Below are positions 58,609 to 64,000 of a stretch of 64,000 bases of DNA, one piece after another (within the stretch, counting starts at the first letter, position 1; the number at the start of each line of letters is the position of its first letter). A program made the position numbers and the translations under genes. A model generated the notes under the pieces. That model was not told the DNA's origin. It saw only the letters and a program-made list of their open reading frames with translations, and ran no database searches. This stretch comes from an uncultured Gammaproteobacteria bacterium (lineage in GTDB: Bacteria; Patescibacteriota; Microgenomatia; UBA10105; UBA927): NCBI GenBank assembly GCA_964629685.1, contig CAZVTT010000001.1, positions 769,319 through 833,318 on the forward strand, read 5' to 3'.

Positions 58609-59428
58609 ACTCACTAAAACCGAACGGAATAAACTTCAGGAAGCATCATATTCAGTAAAAGAAGGAATTTTAGATATTTCATATCGTGCCAAAACCGGTC
58701 ATATAGGATCTGCTCTTTCTATAGCTGACTTGGTTGCTGTACTTTATGAGTCGTCGTTGCATATATCTCGCGCAATACTGAATTCTAATAAACGGGATAG
58801 ATTTATTTTAAGTAAAGGTCATGCAGCCGCAGCACTTTATGCTGCACTCTATTACAAGAAAATATTATCCAAAAAGGAATTCATGTCTTTCGGACATGAG
58901 GAGGGTGGTCTATGTGAGCATCCGGAAATTCATGATTCCGGCGTGGAGATGTCGGCCGGTTCGTTAGGACATGGCCTGAGTTTTGCCACGGGAATTGCTC
59001 TGGGGATGAAACGGCAGCGGATAAAGAATACTGTGTATGTATTAATTAGTGACGGCGAATGTGGAGAAGGTTCTATCTGGGAGGCAGCGCAACTTGCAGC
59101 AACGTTAAAACTGGATAATTTAGTCGTAATAGTGGATTTTAATAATTGGCAATGTTTCGGCCGTTCTACGGAAATATTGGCTCTCGAGCCGTTTCAACAG
59201 AAATGGGAAGCTTTCGGTTTTGCCGCCAGAACGATAAATGGACACGATATTGACGAAATAGTCGGCGCGTATAGATCAGTTCCATTCCGGAAAAACAAAC
59301 CGAGCGTTGTGATTGCCAAAACTATAATTGGTAAGGGAATAAGTTTATTTGAGGATCAGATAAGTGCGCACTACAAAGTGTTTACCGAAGAAGAGTATAT
59401 GCAGGCAAAACTGGAGATACAATTATGA
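58601..59428 (+). CDS. transketolase-like protein, N-terminal (TPP-binding) subunit
   Basis: GHIGSALS, RDRFILSKGH, GSLGHGL, SDGECGEGSIWEA, LDNL..DFN. Confidence 0.92.
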   Translation: MNKLTKTERNKLQEASYSVKEGILDISYRAKTGHIGSALSIADLVAVLYESSLHISRAILNSNKRDRFILSKGHAAAALYAALYYKKILSKKEFMSFGHEEGGLCEHPEIHDSGVEMSAGSLGHGLSFATGIALGMKRQRIKNTVYVLISDGECGEGSIWEAAQLAATLKLDNLVVIVDFNNWQCFGRSTEILALEPFQQKWEAFGFAARTINGHDIDEIVGAYRSVPFRKNKPSVVIAKTIIGKGISLFEDQISAHYKVFTEEEYMQAKLEIQL

Positions 59429-60345
59429 GAAGTGCATTTATAAGAGGTCTTCTGGAAGCGGCAAAAACGGACAAATCAATATTCTTGTTAACTGGAGATT
59501 TAGGGTACAGATTTCTTGAACCATTCAGGGACGCGTACCCTGACCGTTTTCTAAACGTCGGCGTGGCTGAAGCAAACTTAGTAACGGCGGCTGCCGGTCT
59601 GGCTACTGCCGGATATACTCCGGTAATATATTCTATCGCCACCTTTATGACTATGCGGCCTTATGAACAAATACGTGATGATATCGTGTTACAACATTTA
59701 AACGTTAAGCTGGTCGGTATCGGGGGAGGTTTGGCATACGCCATGGCAGGTCCAACACACCATTCTCTGGAAGATATTTCCCTGATGAGAACACTTGCGT
59801 CGATGGCCATTATTGTTCCTACTGAACCCACTGAGGCGTATAAAGCCACAAAAGAGATGGTGTTGCAAAAGGGTCCGGTGTATCTCAGATTGGAAAGAAA
59901 TCCGGAGCAGGTCGTTACTGCAACTTCACGGTTTACTCTCGGTAAAGCGAACCAAATTAACAGCGGTAAGTCCGTATGTCTTATGTTTACCGGTACTAAA
60001 CGGTTACTGTCTGAACGTATCGCCGCTATTTTATATGAAAAAAAGGGAATAGAACCGACAATAGTCGCGTTCCCTACAGTCCGACCGCTTGATAAAAAAC
60101 TGGTACTCGGGATGGCGAAATCTCATCAACTGCTGGTTACGATTGAAGAACATCTCCCGTCGGGTGGGTTTGGTTCTGAAGTTCTGGAAACTATTTCGGA
60201 TTCGATACCTCCCGGAAAATTACGGGTTATCCGTATGGGTATTCCAGGTCATTCTCATCGGTCGGCTGGGTACCATACGTTATGTTCTCAGGCAGGATTT
60301 ACGCCTGAAGCTATTGCTAAACGGATCTGTTTATACCTCCCGTAG
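59425..60345 (+). CDS. transketolase-like protein, C-terminal (pyrimidine-binding) subunit
   Basis: TGDLG, NVGVAEAN, RPYEQIR, GPTHHSLED, GPVYLRL, TIEEH..GGFGS. Confidence 0.92.
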   Translation: MRSAFIRGLLEAAKTDKSIFLLTGDLGYRFLEPFRDAYPDRFLNVGVAEANLVTAAAGLATAGYTPVIYSIATFMTMRPYEQIRDDIVLQHLNVKLVGIGGGLAYAMAGPTHHSLEDISLMRTLASMAIIVPTEPTEAYKATKEMVLQKGPVYLRLERNPEQVVTATSRFTLGKANQINSGKSVCLMFTGTKRLLSERIAAILYEKKGIEPTIVAFPTVRPLDKKLVLGMAKSHQLLVTIEEHLPSGGFGSEVLETISDSIPPGKLRVIRMGIPGHSHRSAGYHTLCSQAGFTPEAIAKRICLYLP

Positions 60346-60417
60346 TAGTCAGTTTTTCGCTTTGGGTTCTCACAGAGCATTTTCTGCGGTAGAATGTCAC
60401 TAGTCCCACGCGTATAT

Positions 60418-60978
60418 ATGAAAATTGCCATAGATATTAGTCAGGTCTGTTATGAAGGTACAGGAGTTGCTCGGTATATATCGCAATTGGTACCGGCTTT
60501 ACTGCATGTACACTCTGCTCATACATTCGTGCTTTTTGGCTCATCGTTTCGGCAACGTGAGCGCCTTAAGCGTTTTGTAGAACCATTGTGTGCAGATAAT
60601 CCCCGCGTCAGTTCGGTAATATTGCCTTTCCCACCGGCATTCTGGGACGTTTTATGGAATAGATTGCATCTGGTTCCGATTGAGTGGATTATAGGGAACA
60701 TAGATGTATTTTGGAGTAGTGACTGGACGCAGCCTCCGGTTTCAACCGCGGTTGCGGTAACGACTATTCATGATATTTCCATACTCCGGAATCCCGAAAC
60801 GTTCTCGGAGCACATCAGAGAAGTACATACCCGTAAATTAGCAAGGTCTGTGGCAAAATGTAAGGCTTTTTTTTGTGACTCGGAGGCGACGAAAAAAGAC
60901 GTACATCAGACTCTCCGTATACCACTTGAACAGTTATATGTGATATACCCAGGATTGCACCAGGGGGCAAACCTATGA
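60418..60978 (+). CDS. GT4 N-terminal (acceptor-binding) domain only, 186 aa
   Basis: MKIAIDIS..GTGVARY, VTTIHD, CDSEATKKD, ends VIYPGL plus 6 aa; no catalytic C-domain; ATGA-coupled to the next gene. A pseudogene cannot be excluded. Confidence 0.75.
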   Translation: MKIAIDISQVCYEGTGVARYISQLVPALLHVHSAHTFVLFGSSFRQRERLKRFVEPLCADNPRVSSVILPFPPAFWDVLWNRLHLVPIEWIIGNIDVFWSSDWTQPPVSTAVAVTTIHDISILRNPETFSEHIREVHTRKLARSVAKCKAFFCDSEATKKDVHQTLRIPLEQLYVIYPGLHQGANL

Positions 60979-62117
60979 TATTGGCAATCGACGGATATGA
61001 AGCAAATAGTGGTCATAGGGTAGGCGTCGGTGAATACGCCTATCAATTGCTATGTCAGATGCATAGTCTTATCGGGCAAATGCCACCGGGTAAAAGACAT
61101 ACCGTCCGGGTGTACTTACCTCAAAAACCCAGATCGGATATGCCTAAGAAAACCGGTTGGTGGCAATACCGTGTGAGAAAACCTGGTCGGTTATGGACGC
61201 TTTTTGCATTGCCGATCTCATTATGGCTTGATCATCCCAGAGCCGATGTGATTTTTTCGCCTACACACTACGTACCCAGATTCACCGCTATCCCCCGGGC
61301 AATGGCGATTATGGATTTGTCGTATTTGGAATACCCATCACTCTTCAGGGCCAAAGACTTACATAAATTAGTTCATTGGACTGCCTATTCAGTAAAAAAT
61401 GCGAAAAAGATTTTTACCATTAGCGAGTTTAGTAAGAATGCTATAATGAAGACGTACGGGCTATCAGGACGGGAAGTTATAGTAACATATCCCGGGTTAA
61501 TTATGACGAAAAAGAATAAAAAAGCTGATACCGGAGTTGAACTGCAGCAGAAATATAACTTAGGTTCACGATATATTCTTTCCGTTGGGACGCTCCAGCC
61601 CAGGAAGAATTATGTCCGACTCATTGAAGCATTTTCGTTGTTACAACAGAAATCAGATACTGCAGATTTGCAATTGGTAATTGCAGGGAAGAAGGGTTGG
61701 TTGTTTGAAGAAATTCTCGCTGCTCCCCGGAAATACGGTGTAGAATCAAAAGTTATTTTTTTGGATTATGTCCCTGATAAAGATTTGCCCTCATTGTATG
61801 AACATGCTATCTGTTTCGCGTTACCGAGTCTGTATGAAGGGTTCGGATTACCGGTTCTCGAAGCTATGGCTAACGGGTGCCAAGTGGTCGTAAGTAATGT
61901 ATCCAGCCTTCCGGAAATCGCAGGAGATGCAGGCATTTACTGTGAGCCTGAGGATGTCGCGAGTATCACTACAGGATTAAGCAAGGCGGTAAAAGACTTC
62001 GGTTCGGCGAAAGCAAAGGAGCGAATTAGTTGGGGAAAAGATAGGGTAAAATTATTTAATTGGAATGATGCTGCGGAGAAAACACTCGCAGTGCTCGAAC
62101 AAATAGTAAAAAAGTAA
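60975..62117 (+). CDS. GT4 glycosyltransferase, MtfB/WbdB-like
   Basis: RVGVGEY, IMDLSY, VGTLQPRKN, PSLYEGFGLPVLEAMANG. Confidence 0.92.
   Translation: MILAIDGYEANSGHRVGVGEYAYQLLCQMHSLIGQMPPGKRHTVRVYLPQKPRSDMPKKTGWWQYRVRKPGRLWTLFALPISLWLDHPRADVIFSPTHYVPRFTAIPRAMAIMDLSYLEYPSLFRAKDLHKLVHWTAYSVKNAKKIFTISEFSKNAIMKTYGLSGREVIVTYPGLIMTKKNKKADTGVELQQKYNLGSRYILSVGTLQPRKNYVRLIEAFSLLQQKSDTADLQLVIAGKKGWLFEEILAAPRKYGVESKVIFLDYVPDKDLPSLYEHAICFALPSLYEGFGLPVLEAMANGCQVVVSNVSSLPEIAGDAGIYCEPEDVASITTGLSKAVKDFGSAKAKERISWGKDRVKLFNWNDAAEKTLAVLEQIVKK
61439..61447 (+). promoter_or_regulatory. candidate intragenic extended -10 promoter
   Basis: Perfect TGCTATAAT inside the GT4 gene, 55 nt before an in-frame ATG (61503) at the interdomain linker. 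Confidence 0.35.
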
Positions 62118-62119
62118 CT

Positions 62120-62719
62120 ATGAGATTTTTTATTGATTTTTGGGTTTATCTGTGCACGCTTGCCGGAAATATCCCCAGTCATACGGTTCGTTTATTTTTG
62201 TATAGACATTTTTTTAGGATTAAGATTGGCAAAGACACTTCAATTCATTGGTTAGCCCGATTTAATTTACCCTCAGGAATTGAAATAGGTAAGAATACTA
62301 TTATAGGGAATGATGCATTTTTAGATGGAAGATTTTTTCGTACGTGGAACCATACCGGTTCTAAATTGGCGGTTTACGTTTCTGATTTTATTAACCCAAA
62401 ATATAGGCCATTGCGAATAGGGAATAACGTTTCTATTGCCGGCGAGGTCCGTATTTTTACCATGGAGCATGATATCGATAGTCCGGATTTTACGGAAAAA
62501 GCCGGAGAAGTGGTAATAGACGATTATGTCGTAATCGGGACTAGGGTTACAATCCTACCCGGGGTGCGTATAGGTAAAGGTGCCGTAATAGCTTCTGGTG
62601 CGGTTGTAACAAAAGACGTGGAACCCTTTACGGTAGTCGGTGGCGTACCGGCAAAATTTATTAGAAATCGGGAGAAAGACGTACGGTATACGCTTAAATT
62701 TGCCCGACTATTTCAGTAG
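62120..62719 (+). CDS. LbH O-acyltransferase
   Basis: FLDGR, IGNNVSIA, TMEHD, ILPGVRIGKGAVIASGAVVTKDV..VGGVPA. Confidence 0.9.
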   Translation: MRFFIDFWVYLCTLAGNIPSHTVRLFLYRHFFRIKIGKDTSIHWLARFNLPSGIEIGKNTIIGNDAFLDGRFFRTWNHTGSKLAVYVSDFINPKYRPLRIGNNVSIAGEVRIFTMEHDIDSPDFTEKAGEVVIDDYVVIGTRVTILPGVRIGKGAVIASGAVVTKDVEPFTVVGGVPAKFIRNREKDVRYTLKFARLFQ

Positions 62720-62728
62720 TGCTACGGA

Positions 62729-63598
62729 ATGCAACTTTCGATTATCATACCAAGCTATAACACTCTTAGCCTCCTAAAACGGTGTATAGCCTCCGTTTCT
62801 AAAAGTTTACAAGATCAGGGGATTTCGTATGAAGTCCTGGTGGTCGATAATAATTCTTCTGATGGTTCTGCCGCTTGGCTTAAGAACAGCGGTTATCCTG
62901 AAGTTACAGCTATACTAAATGCTGAGAACGTCGGGTATGGAAAAGCCAATAATCAGGCTTTTCGTCACGCTAAAGGTGAATATATTCTGCTTCTCAATTC
63001 CGATATCTTAGTGCTGGATAATGCAATCCCGCGTTTAGTGGCATTTGCCCGTTCACATCCCCATGCATTTATTGGGGGTAAATTATTAAATGAAGACAAG
63101 TCTCCGCAGGCATCGTGCGGGCCGATGTATACGCTTCCGGTGGTGTTTTTGATGCTGTTCTTTAAAGGTGATAGACTGGGAATCACCCGGAGTTCACCCA
63201 CGACTATACAGTCAGCCGATTGGGTTTCCGGAGCCTGTATTATAGGCAAACGGGATAATTTCCAGCAGGTTGGTCTTTTTGATGAAGGTATATTCATGTA
63301 CATGGAAGAGATAGACTTTCTTTACCGGGCAAAGCAGAAAGGATATACTATACTGTTCTATCCGGAAGCTGTGTTTATTCATACCGGTGCTGCCAGTAGC
63401 GGAAATGCGAGGGCTCCGGTTGCCAATATTTATAAAGGCTTAGTCTATTTTTACGGAAAACACTATCCTGCATATGCAGGTTTTCTATTACACGTAATGT
63501 TACGAGTAAAAGCCCGGATAGCGATTGCGGTTTCGTATTTTACCGGAGATGAGCATCTTCGGTCTATTTATGAAAAAGGTTTATCACTGGTTGCGTGA
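62729..63598 (+). CDS. GT2 glycosyltransferase, WbbL-like
   Basis: SYNT, VDNNSSDGS, NVGYGKANN, LLLNSD, DWVSGAC, FDEGIFMYMEEID. Confidence 0.9.
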   Translation: MQLSIIIPSYNTLSLLKRCIASVSKSLQDQGISYEVLVVDNNSSDGSAAWLKNSGYPEVTAILNAENVGYGKANNQAFRHAKGEYILLLNSDILVLDNAIPRLVAFARSHPHAFIGGKLLNEDKSPQASCGPMYTLPVVFLMLFFKGDRLGITRSSPTTIQSADWVSGACIIGKRDNFQQVGLFDEGIFMYMEEIDFLYRAKQKGYTILFYPEAVFIHTGAASSGNARAPVANIYKGLVYFYGKHYPAYAGFLLHVMLRVKARIAIAVSYFTGDEHLRSIYEKGLSLVA

Positions 63599-64000
63599 GC
63601 ATATATTATTGTGTACTGCTTTGGGGCTTTTAGCCTTTATTCCCTTATATCCGAAATTTCCGCTGTTGGATATTGTGAGTACCTGGGTATATATCCGCCT
63701 GGAAGATTTTCTCGTGGCTTTAGCGGTGGTTTTCCTGGGGAGCTCAGTAGTAATAAGTAAGGGCAAGTCTTTACGTACACCACTTACAATTCCGATAGTT
63801 TCGTATTGGCTGGTAGGGCTTATCTCTTTAATATTTGCCGTTGTGTTTCTCGGTAAATCCATTCCCAACTTTTTCCCCCACCTGGCATTGCTCCACTATT
63901 TGCGCCGTATAGAGTACATGGTCGTATTTTTTGTGGCATTCTTAGCTATAGTCCACAAACCGGCGCGACTAAAATATGTCATTTGGGTTTTAGTCGTGAC
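63570..64000 (+). CDS. O-antigen ligase/polymerase (Wzy_C)-like membrane protein, 5' fragment (not in the ORF track)
   Basis: Open from ATG 63570 to the window end: MKKVYHWLREH..AFIPLYPKFPLLDIVSTWVYIRLEDFLVA...LLHYLRRIEYM; multi-TM. Family assignment is from memory of CPR proteins. Confidence 0.6.
   Translation, partial: MKKVYHWLREHILLCTALGLLAFIPLYPKFPLLDIVSTWVYIRLEDFLVALAVVFLGSSVVISKGKSLRTPLTIPIVSYWLVGLISLIFAVVFLGKSIPNFFPHLALLHYLRRIEYMVVFFVAFLAIVHKPARLKYVIWVLVV

Noticed and set aside
60418-60978. Simple frameshifted GT4 pseudogene
   Set aside because: No out-of-frame C-domain remnant follows; the next gene starts at once with its own N-domain. Deletion-type truncation remains possible and is covered in the finding.
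194-63868. Numerous 60-140 aa alternative-frame and antisense ORFs in the track (e.g. 4001-4423, 17165-17542, 36351-36728, 41012-41407, 63584-63868)
   Set aside because: All lie over well-supported genes and show no recognisable motifs; treated as shadow ORFs
1-64000. tRNA/rRNA, CRISPR arrays, IS elements, DGR repeats, recoded stop codons
   Set aside because: No intergenic gap exceeds about 130 bp, I saw no nucleotide-level repeats or transposase/RT/integrase motifs, and TGA, TAA and TAG all act as stops at gene junctions

Overview
The whole 64 kb window is one gene-dense cell-surface glycosylation super-locus of about 54 CDS in genetic code 11, with many ATGA/TGATG stop-start overlaps. I saw no rRNA, tRNA, CRISPR array or mobile element. 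The family mix suggests Patescibacteria/CPR, probably Microgenomates; this is an inference from remembered family motifs, not a search. Main parts: (i) an uninterrupted divergent array of 11 GT-C-fold membrane glycosyltransferases at 2.9-21.4 kb, plus three larger GT-C-like proteins, a partial YfhO gene and a partial ligase-like gene; (ii) about 17 soluble GT2/GT4 genes, including three polyprenyl-phosphate-sugar synthase-like GT2s, and a Wzx-like flippase; (iii) nucleotide-sugar modules: tandem RfbE-like epimerases, UXS plus a GalE/Uxe-like epimerase, an inverted WbpB/D/E-like cassette, and SDRs with a split transketolase; (iv) tailoring enzymes: three SAM methyltransferases, three LbH acyltransferases, a ferredoxin with a B12-radical SAM enzyme, a sulfotransferase-fold protein with non-canonical PAPS loops, and an APH-like kinase. 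The most unusual signals are the GT-C array, a clean N-domain-only GT4 next to a GT4 carrying an internal extended -10 and an in-frame ATG at its domain linker, and the sulfotransferase-like/kinase/transketolase operon. All functional calls come from motif recognition by eye.
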